Assembly (NCBI GenBank): GCA_030017715.1 | Contig: JASEIU010000001.1 | Location: 782,276-846,275, forward strand | Direction: 5' to 3' | Origin: Candidatus Saccharicenans sp. | GTDB taxonomy: Bacteria; Acidobacteriota; Aminicenantia; Aminicenantales; Saccharicenantaceae | DNA: 64,000 nucleotides | Shown here: positions 9,953 through 19,312 of the stretch, piece by piece | Numbering within the stretch: position 1 is the stretch's first letter | How the letters are laid out: every line of letters starts with the position of its first letter | The notes under the pieces: generated by a model | What the model saw: the letters and a program-made list of their open reading frames with translations, nothing else | Told to the model about the DNA's origin: nothing | The model's database searches: none | Position numbers and translations under genes: made by a program

Positions 9953-11096
9953 TCAGTCTTTTCTCTCCGCAGCCAGGGCTTCTTTTTTTCTCATCAACAA
10001 CGCAGCTTTGATGAACTCATCCAGGTCGCCGTCAAGAATTCGGTCGGTATCGCCGGTTTCCAGTCTGGTCCTCAGGTCTTTGATCATCTTATAAGGGTGG
10101 AGAACATAGGAACGGATCTGATTGCCCCAGGCGATGTCAGACTTCATGTCCTCCAGTTTATCGATCTTTTCCAGCTTTTTCTTTCTCTCAATTTCATACA
10201 GCCGGGCTTTAAGCAGCTTCATGGCCCGGGCTTTATTCTGATGCTGGGAACGCTCATTCTGGCACTGGACGACTATTCCGGTCGGCAGGTGAGTGATTCT
10301 GACGGCCGAATCGGTCCGGTTGACGTGCTGGCCGCCTTTGCCCGAGGCCCGGTAGGTGTCTATTTTCAGGTCATCGGGATTGATTTCGATTTCGATGTCT
10401 TCGTCTATTTCCGGGTAGACGAAGACGGCGGCAAAGGAGGTGTGTCGGCGTTTGTTGGCATCGAAGGGGGAGATCCTGACCAGCCGATGCACTCCGGATT
10501 CCTGGCTGAGCAGCCCGAAAGCGTAATCACCCTCGACCCTGATGGTGGCGCTCTTCAGGCCCGCTTCTTCGCCCGGCTGGAAATCGATGACTTCGGTCTT
10601 GAAACCCTTTCTTTCGGCAAACCTCAGGTACATGCGAAACAGCATCTGGGCCCAGTCCTGGGATTCGGTGCCGCCGGCTCCGGGATGGATGGTCAGGATG
10701 GCATTGCGGGGATCATCTTCGTCAAAGAAGAGCGTCCGGAGTTCTGCTTCCTGAAGCTCGGCCTCGAAGGATTTGAGCGACCGGTTGAGCTCGTCCGCAA
10801 CCTTTTCGCCTTCTTCGGCCAGTTCCAGCAGGACCTCGATCTCTTCCCGGTCAGTTTTCAATTTTTTGTAGAACTGCAGGTCTTTTTCCAGCTGTTTTTT
10901 TCTGATCTGCAGAGCCTGGAACTTTTTCTGGTCGTTCCAGGTCTCGGGGCTGGCTAACTGACTGTTGATGTTATCTAATTCCCGACTCTTGTTATCCAGG
11001 TCAAAGAAAACCTCGAACTTCTTCCAGCTGGCGGAAAAGGTCGGATGCCTTTTCCCGGCTCTCGGCCAGGTGTTCTAACCATTCGGTTTCGTTCAC
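9953..11096 (-). CDS. prfB: Peptide chain release factor 2 (+1 programmed frameshift)
   Basis: GTG at 11096 with AGGAG RBS; frame 1 ends ...GFL-TGA and continues in +1 as DLDNKSRE...; SPF and GGQ motifs present. Confidence 0.95.
11000..11014 (-). other. prfB +1 frameshift signal GAGG-TTTT-CTT-TGA-C
   Basis: Canonical CTTTGAC slippery/stop site with internal SD-like GAGGT 3 nt upstream. Confidence 0.95.
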
Positions 11097-11118
11097 TTCA
11101 GTCTCTCCTGATAGAGGC

Positions 11119-11147
11119 AAGATAGAGGAGAAAAGCCCTTCTGTCAA
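11119..11147 (-). promoter_or_regulatory. Sigma70-type promoter for prfB
   Basis: TTGACA-17-TATCTT. Confidence 0.6.
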
Positions 11148-11199
11148 GGCCACCGGGCCCAAAAAATTCCGAGCGGGCGTCATCTGGCCAGGTTATCAG

Positions 11200-11865
11200 C
11201 TACTGCTGTACTATGAAGAAGCCAGGATTGCGGACCGATTTACCGACCAATTCCGACAGGGCTTTCTGGGCTTCCTCCCTGGTTTTGTAACCTCCCAGCC
11301 AGACCCGGTAAATCGGCTTCCGGTCCCTGGCAGAGGGTTCCTTGACTATCGCATTATAACCCTGCTTCCTGTACTTTTCGGCTTCAAGCCTGGCGCTCGA
11401 GCGGTCGTTGAAAGCCCCGACCTGGACGAAATAATTCCCCCCTGTGGCCGGCACTGCGGTTTGGGTAGCGGTTGTCGTCCTGGGCGGGGGGGCTGTCGAT
11501 TGCTCGGCCGTCCCGGTCGGAGCCGGGACCGATTGCTGGCCGGTTCTGGAGGGAGTCTTGCTGGCCGGCTGTTCGGTCGGCTTGGTTTCGGACTGACTCT
11601 GGACGGAAGCGGCGGTCTGGGAAGTCTGAACAGCCGCACTGCCGGAACTTTCTTCGATTGCCGGAACCGGCAGCGGGGCACTTACTGTCTCTTCCGCCTT
11701 CTGGGCAGTCATTGTCTTGACCATCAGGTCAGCCTGCTTTTTTCCGACCTGAACACCAATGAAAAAGATGACTGCTCCCAGCAGGATTATGCCCAGGATG
11801 ATGACTACCAGAATGGTCGACGACACCTGAATTTCTCTGTAATTCTTCATCATGGAAGTGGTCAT
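11200..11865 (-). CDS. SPOR-domain membrane protein
   Basis: N-terminal TM, T/Q/P/A-rich linker, YFVQVGAF...YRVWLGGY. Confidence 0.85.
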   Translation of the reverse strand: MTTSMMKNYREIQVSSTILVVIILGIILLGAVIFFIGVQVGKKQADLMVKTMTAQKAEETVSAPLPVPAIEESSGSAAVQTSQTAASVQSQSETKPTEQPASKTPSRTGQQSVPAPTGTAEQSTAPPPRTTTATQTAVPATGGNYFVQVGAFNDRSSARLEAEKYRKQGYNAIVKEPSARDRKPIYRVWLGGYKTREEAQKALSELVGKSVRNPGFFIVQQ

Positions 11866-12620
11866 TTCTCCTTGGATTTATCAACGGAAAAAGCCCTGAG
11901 GATTTCCAGCGGCAGCGGGAAGATGATGGTCGAATTTTTCTCGGTGGCTATTTCAGTCAGGGTACCCAGAAAACGCAGCATGATGGTCTGGGGATTCTGG
12001 GAGATGATTTCGGCGGCCTGGGCCAGCTTGGTTGAGGACTGGAATTCACCGTCGGCGTGAATAACCTTGGCCCTTCTTTCTCTTTCGGCTTCAGCCTGCC
12101 GGGCGATGGCCCTGACCATCGTTTCCGGAAGGTCGATGTGTTTGATCTCCACCAGCTGAACCTTGACTCCCCAGGGGTCGGTGTGTTGGTCGATGATTTC
12201 CTGAAGCTGGGTGTTAAGTTTTTCCCTTTCCGATAACAGCTCGTCCAGCTCAACCTGACCCAGGACGCTGCGCAGGGTGGTCTGCGAGAGCTGGGAGGTG
12301 GCGTAGAGATAATCCTGGACTTCCAGCACGGCTTTCAGCGGATTCATGACCCGGAAATAGAGAACGGCGTTAACCTTGACCGAGACATTATCCTTGGTGA
12401 TTACGTCCTGGGGCGGGATGTCCATGACGATTAACCTCAGGCTGATTCGAACCATACGGTCAATGGGCGCAAAAACAAAAATCAATCCGGGTCCTTTGGG
12501 CCTGGACAGCACCCGGCCCAGCCGGAAAATCACCCCTCTTTCATATTCTTTCAGTATCTTGATGCAATTGAGAAGATACAGAACGACTATGGCGGCTACG
12601 ATGATTGGGAAAGTAATCAT
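11862..12620 (-). CDS. SPFH/slipin (stomatin-like) protein
   Basis: [33 protein letters not shown]. Confidence 0.95.
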   Translation of the reverse strand: MITFPIIVAAIVVLYLLNCIKILKEYERGVIFRLGRVLSRPKGPGLIFVFAPIDRMVRISLRLIVMDIPPQDVITKDNVSVKVNAVLYFRVMNPLKAVLEVQDYLYATSQLSQTTLRSVLGQVELDELLSEREKLNTQLQEIIDQHTDPWGVKVQLVEIKHIDLPETMVRAIARQAEAERERRAKVIHADGEFQSSTKLAQAAEIISQNPQTIMLRFLGTLTEIATEKNSTIIFPLPLEILRAFSVDKSKEK

Positions 12621-12656
12621 TTTAGACCTCCTTTTATGGACAGGTTGTCCTGCCCC

Positions 12657-13946
12657 CTATATCTTTTTAACCTTTAATGTCAAGCCATTCTTGACTTCTA
12701 ACACTTCAATCCGGTCTCCTCGCAGTAGCGAATCCTCGGCCACCGCGCGCCAGATCTCGCCGTGAACAAAGACCTTGCCTTCCTGGTCCGACCAGGTCAG
12801 CACTTTTCCGGTTTCTCCAACCATGCCCTCTTTCCCGGTGATGGTTCTCCTGGCGTGGGTCCGGATAACCAGGTAGACCAGAAAAATGAAGATCATCGAA
12901 ACACCCAGGGCTACTGGTATGATATATTTAAGGCTGGGACGAAGCTCGGGAACCGGAGACCTGATCAACATTATTGAACCGAGAAGCACCGAGACAATAC
13001 CGCCCATGGTTAGCGCTCCATAGCTGTGGACTTTAACCTCGAGTATAAACAGGACCGTGCCCAAAATTATCAGCAGCAGGCCCACGTAGTTTACCGGAAG
13101 AATCTGAAAGGAAAAGAAAGCCAGCAGCAGGCTAATTCCGCCCAGAACTCCCGGCAGTATGGCTCCCGGGTTGGCGAACTCGAAATAGAGTCCGAGAAGT
13201 CCGATCATCAGCAGAATGTAGGCCAGGTTAGGGTTGGCGATGGTCATTAAAAGTTTTTGCCGGAAAGTCAGGGGAATTTCGTGTGTTTCTCGGTCTGTTA
13301 ACTGGAGCTTTTCCTGCCGGCCGTCAAATCTGGTTATCTGTCGGCCGTCGAGCGCCTGAAGCAGCTCTGTCTCTGAAGCGGCCACCAGGTCTATGACTTT
13401 TCCTTTCAGGGCTTCCTGTTCAGTATAGCTCAGACTTTGCCTGACCGCGTCTTCAGCCATCCTGACGTTGCGGCCTCTTTTTTCAGACAGGGTTCTGATG
13501 TAAGAGGCGGCATCATGAGTCACCTTTTCTTCCATGGTCCTATCGGGCTGGTTCTGCCCGGTGAGCCCGATGCTGACGGGATGGGCCGCGCCGGTGCTGG
13601 TGCCCGGAGCCATGGCAAAGACATCGCAGGCCACGGCTATGAAAAATCCGGCCGATGCCGCCCGTGCTCCCGGGGGACTGACATAGGCCACCACCGGAAC
13701 CGGCGAGTTAACTATTCCCTCGATTATTTCCCGCATGGAAGAATCCAGCCCGCCGGGAGTGTTAAGCTTGATTATCAGCAGAGAAGCCTGTTCCTCCCTC
13801 GCCTTTTCCAGAGCTTTGAGGATGATTTCGGCGGTCACGGGATGGATCGGTCCACTGACGGTTACGCTCAGGATGCGGGCCTGCAATCCAGGAGCGGCGG
13901 CCAGAAACAGGAACAGACACAGAAATAAAGCTGGAATCTTTTTCAC
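12657..13946 (-). CDS. nfeD: NfeD membrane-bound serine protease
   Basis: LNTPGG, ARAASAG, GAAHPV, TM bundle, C-terminal OB (VHGEIWRA); adjacent to slipin. Confidence 0.9.
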   Translation of the reverse strand: MKKIPALFLCLFLFLAAAPGLQARILSVTVSGPIHPVTAEIILKALEKAREEQASLLIIKLNTPGGLDSSMREIIEGIVNSPVPVVAYVSPPGARAASAGFFIAVACDVFAMAPGTSTGAAHPVSIGLTGQNQPDRTMEEKVTHDAASYIRTLSEKRGRNVRMAEDAVRQSLSYTEQEALKGKVIDLVAASETELLQALDGRQITRFDGRQEKLQLTDRETHEIPLTFRQKLLMTIANPNLAYILLMIGLLGLYFEFANPGAILPGVLGGISLLLAFFSFQILPVNYVGLLLIILGTVLFILEVKVHSYGALTMGGIVSVLLGSIMLIRSPVPELRPSLKYIIPVALGVSMIFIFLVYLVIRTHARRTITGKEGMVGETGKVLTWSDQEGKVFVHGEIWRAVAEDSLLRGDRIEVLEVKNGLTLKVKKI

Positions 13947-13955
13947 GGTAATTCA

Positions 13956-13984
13956 ATTATAAAAAGGACCGGCCTGTAAGTCAA
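13956..13984 (-). promoter_or_regulatory. Sigma70-type promoter for nfeD operon
   Basis: TTGACT-17-TATAAT, ending 9 nt before the GTG start. Confidence 0.65.
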
Positions 13985-14086
13985 TTTATTAATTTAAGCC
14001 ATTGCCCGACGCCGGCTTGACATTTTCAATTTAATAAACTAATTTTAGTCTATTCATTTTCCATTCGCTGGTTACTAAGGAGACCG

Positions 14087-14377
14087 TTGATGATCAAGAA
14101 TGACCTGGCCAACCTGCTGGAAAGAAAAGCTAATTTCAGCCGGTCCAAAGCTGTTCTGACCGTGGAAACCATTCTGGAAACCATGAAAAAAGCCCTGCTG
14201 GCCGGGGAAAAAATAGAAATCCGGGGGTTCGGAAGCTTCCGTGTCATGCCCAAAAAAACCGGCTTCGGCCGCGACATCAGGCGGAATCGCCAGATTCCGA
14301 TATCAGGCGGCCGGCGGGTAAAATTTCGTCCGGGCCAGGATTTCAAAAAACAGCTAAAGCAGCAGTCGATCGAATAA
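14087..14377 (+). CDS. HU/IHF family DNA-binding protein
   Basis: IEIRGFGSF and VKFRPG motifs; AAGGAG RBS (ATG at 14090 is a likely start). Confidence 0.9.
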   Translation: MMIKNDLANLLERKANFSRSKAVLTVETILETMKKALLAGEKIEIRGFGSFRVMPKKTGFGRDIRRNRQIPISGGRRVKFRPGQDFKKQLKQQSIE

Positions 14378-14502
14378 TCCGGCCGGCTCGGCTGCTCATT
14401 TTGACTTTGATCCCGTTTTATTTTCCGGATTTTGATGGTTGGCTCTTTCCCGACTGAATCAGCCGGGATTCGCTTCTATCCGGTCGGTAAGAAGAAAACT
14501 GT

Positions 14503-15129
14503 TCAGAGCAGTCCTGATTTTTTCAGGAGGGCGTCCTGATAGAGGCAGAGGTATACCCGCTCGGTCTGCTCCACGGTTGCTTCCAGACTGCCCGATGTGT
14601 CTATCAGATAATGGGCGAAAGGAATTTTCTGTTCGACCGGGCTCTGGGCGCTTATTCTTTGCAGTGCCTGTTCGCGGCTCAGGCCGTCTCGCTGACGGAG
14701 GCGTTCGACCTGAACTTCAGGCCGGCAATGGGTCAGGATGAGGCGGTCATAAAACTGATGGAAGCCGGCTTCGATCACCAGGGCAGCTTCGGTGATATAG
14801 ATATCGTATTCACCCTCATTTTCCAGTTGAGCTACCGTCTGACTTATTTTTTCCATAATCGACGGATGAGTCAGGCGGTTCAGAAAATCACGCTCGGCCC
14901 GGTCCTGGAATATTATTCCGCCGAGCTTCTGACGGTCTATTTCCTGATTTTCTTTGAGGATGGTCGGACCGAAGCGCCTAATCAGTTTTTGCCAGATTTC
15001 TCCGCCGGGCGACATCAGTTCGTGGGCTATGAGGTCGGCGTTCTGAACATAGCAGCCCTTCTGGCTGAGGATTCTGGCCACCACCGACTTGCCGGTGGCG
15101 ATGCCTCCGGTCAGAGCTGCGACCAGCAC
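14503..15129 (-). CDS. coaE: Dephospho-CoA kinase
   Basis: LTGGIATGKS, DRQKLG.IIF, LTHP, RI.AQ. Confidence 0.95.
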   Translation of the reverse strand: MLVAALTGGIATGKSVVARILSQKGCYVQNADLIAHELMSPGGEIWQKLIRRFGPTILKENQEIDRQKLGGIIFQDRAERDFLNRLTHPSIMEKISQTVAQLENEGEYDIYITEAALVIEAGFHQFYDRLILTHCRPEVQVERLRQRDGLSREQALQRISAQSPVEQKIPFAHYLIDTSGSLEATVEQTERVYLCLYQDALLKKSGLL

Positions 15130-15149
15130 TTCAATCCTTCAGCCGGGGG

Positions 15150-15548
15150 TCAATCTTCCACCTGGAAGCGGTAATCTTTGAACCTGACGGCTACCCCCTG
15201 TTTCCTTCCTTTCTGTCCCTTCTTTTCCAGTCTGACGGTTACCCCGTCCAGGCAGAGTTTAATTTTCTGGCCTTCGGTCAATTCTGGCGGTAGTTCTATG
15301 GCCAGGTTGACCTTGGAGCCGACTACCAGGCTGCTGTCAAGGGTAAAATAAGCTCCGGTGGAGGAGATGTTTTCCAGCACCGTTTTTTCTCTGAATTCCT
15401 TTCCCTGCGGCAACCGTCCCTCTATCTCAGCCGGCAGAGGAAGTTCAAACCTCCATTCCCGGCGACGGTTGACGTCGACCGCGGTTTTAAGCTGCTTTTT
15501 GCCGGTTCCCTTTTTGCTTCTGACTTTTGCTTTTGTTTTTTCCGCCAT
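15150..15548 (-). CDS. PilZ-domain protein (intact c-di-GMP motifs)
   Basis: RREWR (RxxxR) and NISSTG (N/DxSxxG); C-terminal GVAVRF. Confidence 0.8.
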   Translation of the reverse strand: MAEKTKAKVRSKKGTGKKQLKTAVDVNRRREWRFELPLPAEIEGRLPQGKEFREKTVLENISSTGAYFTLDSSLVVGSKVNLAIELPPELTEGQKIKLCLDGVTVRLEKKGQKGRKQGVAVRFKDYRFQVED

Positions 15549-15569
15549 GATTTTCCCTCTTTGCTCTTC

Positions 15570-16280
15570 TTAAAATAAAGCCGAATTGATGGCATAGAGC
15601 GCCAGCTGCAGACGGCTGTGGGTATCCAGCTTGGAATAGATGCTTTTGATGTGCGAACGGACGGTATTCTTGCTGATGAATAGAATCTTGGCTATTTCTT
15701 CGTTGCTCTTGCCCTGACCGATAAGCCGCAGGACCTGAAATTCAGTCGGAGTCAGCTGGTCGAGCGTCTTCTCTTTCATATCCCTTCCGACCACCGAGAT
15801 GATCCGGTCCATGATGGAGGACATCTTGTCCCGCGGCAGCCAGATTTCGCCTTTGTTGACCACGCCGATGGCTTCGGTCAGCTGCTGCGAAGGGTCATTG
15901 AGATCGAAATATCCCCTGGCCCCGGCATTGATCAGGTTGATGATTTCTTCGTGGGAAGGAATGTTCCCCAGAAGCAGCAGCTGGGTTTTAAGCTGGGGCT
16001 TGATTAGATCCTTAATGGCCTTGCAGATTTCTTTCAGGTGGGGGAGCGGCTCCAGGTTTGCAAACAGAATTACCTGGGGTTGGAGCTGCTTGATGGCCTC
16101 CATGAAGTTCTCAACGGTACCCTTTTCCACCGTCAGGACATCAATTCTCCTGTCCGTCTCCAGTGCTTTCATGATTCCGGCCAGCAGAAAATCAGAAGGA
16201 CAGTAGATGAGCACGGAGATTTTCTCGATCTTTTGAGTGGGAATCCTGGGTTCGGTCTTGTTTACTTGCTTCTTTGGCAT
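15570..16280 (-). CDS. LuxR/NarL-family regulator with degenerate receiver domain
   Basis: C-terminal LTPTEFQVL..G.SNEEIA..LFISKNTVRSH HTH; receiver-like N-terminus without the phosphoacceptor Asp. Confidence 0.9.
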   Translation of the reverse strand: MPKKQVNKTEPRIPTQKIEKISVLIYCPSDFLLAGIMKALETDRRIDVLTVEKGTVENFMEAIKQLQPQVILFANLEPLPHLKEICKAIKDLIKPQLKTQLLLLGNIPSHEEIINLINAGARGYFDLNDPSQQLTEAIGVVNKGEIWLPRDKMSSIMDRIISVVGRDMKEKTLDQLTPTEFQVLRLIGQGKSNEEIAKILFISKNTVRSHIKSIYSKLDTHSRLQLALYAINSALF

Positions 16281-16431
16281 GCCCTTTTACCCCTTGCCAA
16301 AATTTTTCATTCTTTAAGAATAAATATTATAACCGAAAAAGGGTGTCAAGCAAATAATGGTCTGGGCCACACGGGCTCGGGCTTTCTTTGAGGCCAGATA
16401 ATATGAAGAGCCTCCGGTCACGGTGCGCTTT

Positions 16432-16646
16432 CTCACCTCCTGTTTTTCCGTCTAACCCGGAAGCACACCTTCGGCTTCACACTGCCGGAAGCCCACCGGG
16501 TCACTCTCCCGCCGTCATGGCCGCCGATCGCGGAAACAGCGCTGTCTTAAGGAAACCGCAGCCCAAGGCCCAGGCGGGGAAATAACCGACCGGGAAAGTG
16601 ATTACTTCGAGGGGGGGGCAGATCGAAGATAATGGAAACAGGCGAG
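16432..16646 (-). ncRNA. Candidate structured RNA (unidentified)
   Basis: 15-bp helix 16587-16573/16513-16499 with 3 G-U pairs only on the minus strand; hairpin 16633-16601; possible outer helix. I recognise no Rfam family. Confidence 0.3.
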
Positions 16647-16661
16647 GGGAGTTGGGCTTGA

Positions 16662-17057
16662 TTACTGGGTTAACGAACGGGACGGCTGCAACTGGAATTT
16701 CTTTCTGAGCTCCAGGGTGACCAGTTGCCGGGATGTATTTTGACCGTTGAATTCAACCCTGACCACCTGGCCGGAAATTTCCAGATGAAGAGGATGAATC
16801 AGCATGGCTGTGGCCGGTATTTCCAGGCTGAGCTTGAGCACCGTGCCGATTTTTACCTGGTTCTTCAACCCAAACCTGGCAATTTCCGAACTGATCGACA
16901 GCAGCTCGGTGGTTTCCTTAAATTTCCGACCGCCTGCGTTTTCGCCCAGAACCAAAGCCGGAAGGGAGAGTTCCAGCTGGCGCTCTCCCCTCCGTTCTCC
17001 GGTTACGCCTTGAATGGAGGATTTATTAAGATTTTGGTCAAAACCGCCGTTTTTCAT
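16662..17057 (-). CDS. PilZ-like protein (degenerate motifs)
   Basis: Paralogous to 15150-15548 (ERRGERQLELSLP...FKE.T.L.SISS...G.VVRVE). Confidence 0.65.
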   Translation of the reverse strand: MKNGGFDQNLNKSSIQGVTGERRGERQLELSLPALVLGENAGGRKFKETTELLSISSEIARFGLKNQVKIGTVLKLSLEIPATAMLIHPLHLEISGQVVRVEFNGQNTSRQLVTLELRKKFQLQPSRSLTQ

Positions 17058-17234
17058 TTCGTCCCTATTTTTACCGGTCTCCCCGGCACCGGCAATCCCT
17101 CAGGAGGATGAAACCACGGGTGATTTTTCCGGTTGCTGTTCTCACCTCTTTTTCACCTCGCTCCGTCGGTGGCCAATCATTATCATAAGACGTCGGCCTG
17201 GCCGGGTTTTTCTCATCTGGCCGGCTGATAAATC

Positions 17235-17609
17235 TCAGTCCTCCCCGGCTCCGATAAAGTAACGAGAGTCGAGTTCCAGGATCACCCGCCTGAGTTCGGG
17301 CTGGCCGGGAACCTGTTCGCTACCCTTGACCCGGCCCTTGATGACCAGGACCAGAGGCTGCCCATCGGCCAGCTTGGGGGGTAGCGATATGACCAGCTTG
17401 AGGACCGTTTTTCTTTCCACCCTGGTTTTCAGCAAGAAGCTGGCCTGTTCGCTGCTGATGGTGGACAGGACGGAATTTTCCTGGAACTCCTGGCCCCGGG
17501 CGTCCAGTCCGGAGACGGTCATCGGCAGGGTCAGGCTGAATTCCCGGACCGTGGCCTGATCCCCGCCCGGTTGCTCTAAACCTTGAACTCTATGATGTCT
17601 GACATTCAT
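17235..17609 (-). CDS. PilZ-like protein (no RxxxR)
   Basis: Paralogous (F.L.LP..V.G....G.EF.E..VL.TISS...L.I.LPP.L..GQ). Confidence 0.6.
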   Translation of the reverse strand: MNVRHHRVQGLEQPGGDQATVREFSLTLPMTVSGLDARGQEFQENSVLSTISSEQASFLLKTRVERKTVLKLVISLPPKLADGQPLVLVIKGRVKGSEQVPGQPELRRVILELDSRYFIGAGED

Positions 17610-17672
17610 GACCGCGCTTCCTTTTCCTTAAAAACCTCGCCCCCACTTTATCAGGCCGACCCGCCTTTTCAA

Positions 17673-17688
17673 TCATCCCTGGGGATGA
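17673..17688. promoter_or_regulatory. 7-2-7 inverted repeat TCATCCC-TG-GGGATGA, candidate NarL/LuxR-family operator
   Basis: Perfect 7-bp arms upstream of the PilZ/LuxR cluster; related half-sites nearby. Confidence 0.45.
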
Positions 17689-17753
17689 AAAAACGGGTTA
17701 AATTCATCTCACCCCCGCGTTTTTTTCGCCCGGGATGGTCTCACCCCCGTTCC

Positions 17754-17782
17754 TTGACAAAAAATGGCTGGCTGGCTATCAT
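17754..17782 (+). promoter_or_regulatory. Sigma70-type promoter for proS
   Basis: TTGACA-17-TATCAT, then GGAGGT RBS. Confidence 0.7.
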
Positions 17783-17809
17783 TAGCCAAAGCGCTGGAGG
17801 TTATTTTCA

Positions 17810-19255
17810 GTGAACGAAGAAAGATTGGTGACTCAGATTACTCCCAAGAGCGAAGATTTTTCTCGCTGGTATGTAGACCTGATCAGGCGGGCCGAACTGG
17901 CTGATTACGCTCCGATGAAGGGCATGATGGTCATCAGGCCTTACGGTTATGCCATCTGGGAAAATATCCAGAGGTTGCTCGACCGGCGCATCAAAGCCAG
18001 CGGCCACGTCAATGCCTATTTTCCGGTGTTCATACCGGAGAGCTTTTTACGAAAGGAAATGGAACACCTGAAAGGCTTTGCTCCGGAAGTGGCCTGGGTG
18101 ACCCACGGCGGAGAAGACGAGCTGGAGGAGAGACTGGCCGTACGGCCGACCTCCGAGGCCATCATCGGCCATATGTATTCCAAATGGATTCAATCCTGGC
18201 GGGACCTGCCGGTGCTGATCAACCAATGGGGCAACGTCGTTCGCTGGGAAAAAGTAACCAGACCTTTCCTGAGGACGACAGAGTTTCTCTGGCAGGAAGG
18301 TCACACCGCCCACGAGACCTTTGAGGAAGCCCAGGAAGAAACTCTCCGCATTCTGGAGATGTACCGAGAATTCGTGGAAACCGAACTGGCCATCCCGGTT
18401 CTGGCCGGGAAAAAAACCGACCGGGAAAAATTTGCCGGGGCCGAAGCCACCTATGCTATCGAAGCTCTGATGTCTGACGGCAAAGCCCTGCAGATGGGTA
18501 CGTCCCATAACCTCGGCCAGCATTTCGCCAGGGTCTTCGACATCAAGTTCGAGGACCGAAATCAGAAGCTCCAGTATGTCTGGCAAACTTCCTGGGGAGT
18601 TTCCACCCGGCTGATTGGAGCCCTGGTTATGTCCCATGGGGATGATTCCGGCCTGGTATTCCCGCCTCAGGTAGCGCCGATCCAGGTGATAATAGTCCCG
18701 ATCTCCATCGGCAACTGGAGGGAGAGCGTGCTGCCGGTGGCCCGAAAACTCAAAGATTCTCTGCAGCAGGCCGGCTACAGAACCCACCTGGATGACCGGA
18801 GCGAATATACTCCCGGCTGGAAGTTTTCCGAGTGGGAAATGAGGGGCGTGCCGCTGCGCCTGGAGATAGGTCCGAGAGATGTTAAAAACAACCAGGTAAT
18901 TGCCGTCCGCCGGGATACCAAAGAAAAAAGCGCTCTGGAGATGAGCGGAATAGAGGGCAGGGTCGGAGAGATGCTGGTCGTCATTCAAAAAACCCTGTTC
19001 GAGAGAGCCCTGTCTTTCCAGAAAGAAAACACCAGAGAGGCGGAAAATTACGAGGAGTTCAAGAAGACAATCGAAGAAAAACGCGGTTTCATCCGGGCCC
19101 TGTGGTGCGGAGGAGAAGAATGCGAAGCCCGAATAAAAGAAGAAACCATGGCCACCATCAGAGTCATCCCCTTCCAGGAAAATAATGTCACCGGAAAATG
19201 CGTTTGTTGCGGGCAGGAAGCCAGGACCAATGCTTATTTTGCCAGGGCCTATTAA
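17810..19255 (+). CDS. proS: Proline--tRNA ligase (archaeal/eukaryote-like type, C-terminal Zn domain)
   Basis: VRPTSE, FLRTTEFLWQEGHT, ALQMGTSHNLGQ, WQTSWGVSTR, C-terminal FARAY. Confidence 0.97.
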   Translation: MNEERLVTQITPKSEDFSRWYVDLIRRAELADYAPMKGMMVIRPYGYAIWENIQRLLDRRIKASGHVNAYFPVFIPESFLRKEMEHLKGFAPEVAWVTHGGEDELEERLAVRPTSEAIIGHMYSKWIQSWRDLPVLINQWGNVVRWEKVTRPFLRTTEFLWQEGHTAHETFEEAQEETLRILEMYREFVETELAIPVLAGKKTDREKFAGAEATYAIEALMSDGKALQMGTSHNLGQHFARVFDIKFEDRNQKLQYVWQTSWGVSTRLIGALVMSHGDDSGLVFPPQVAPIQVIIVPISIGNWRESVLPVARKLKDSLQQAGYRTHLDDRSEYTPGWKFSEWEMRGVPLRLEIGPRDVKNNQVIAVRRDTKEKSALEMSGIEGRVGEMLVVIQKTLFERALSFQKENTREAENYEEFKKTIEEKRGFIRALWCGGEECEARIKEETMATIRVIPFQENNVTGKCVCCGQEARTNAYFARAY

Positions 19256-19312
19256 GCCGGCTCTGACTTCATTTCCGGACAGCCCGATTTTTAAGCGGCC
19301 AGGAGAGGGGGC

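Noticed and set aside
11001..11183. Separate 60-aa ORF, or a prfB pseudogene
   Set aside because: It is the pre-frameshift segment of prfB (start GTG 11096)
12444..12453. tRNA T-loop-like GGTTCGAATC on the minus strand
   Set aside because: Inside the slipin CDS with no cloverleaf
16361..16430. c-di-GMP-I riboswitch suggested by GCCTCCGG at 16410
   Set aside because: It lacks the GGCAAAC...GNRA...GGACGCAAA core and faces away from the adjacent genes
16314..16441. 35-codon GTG ORF behind AGGAGGTGA on the minus strand
   Set aside because: The 13-nt SD spacing is too long, the ORF overlaps the likely promoter region of the LuxR gene, and the peptide is unremarkable
17610..17809. T-box riboswitch upstream of proS
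   Set aside because: The promoter lies about 27 nt from the start codon, with no T-box consensus or terminator
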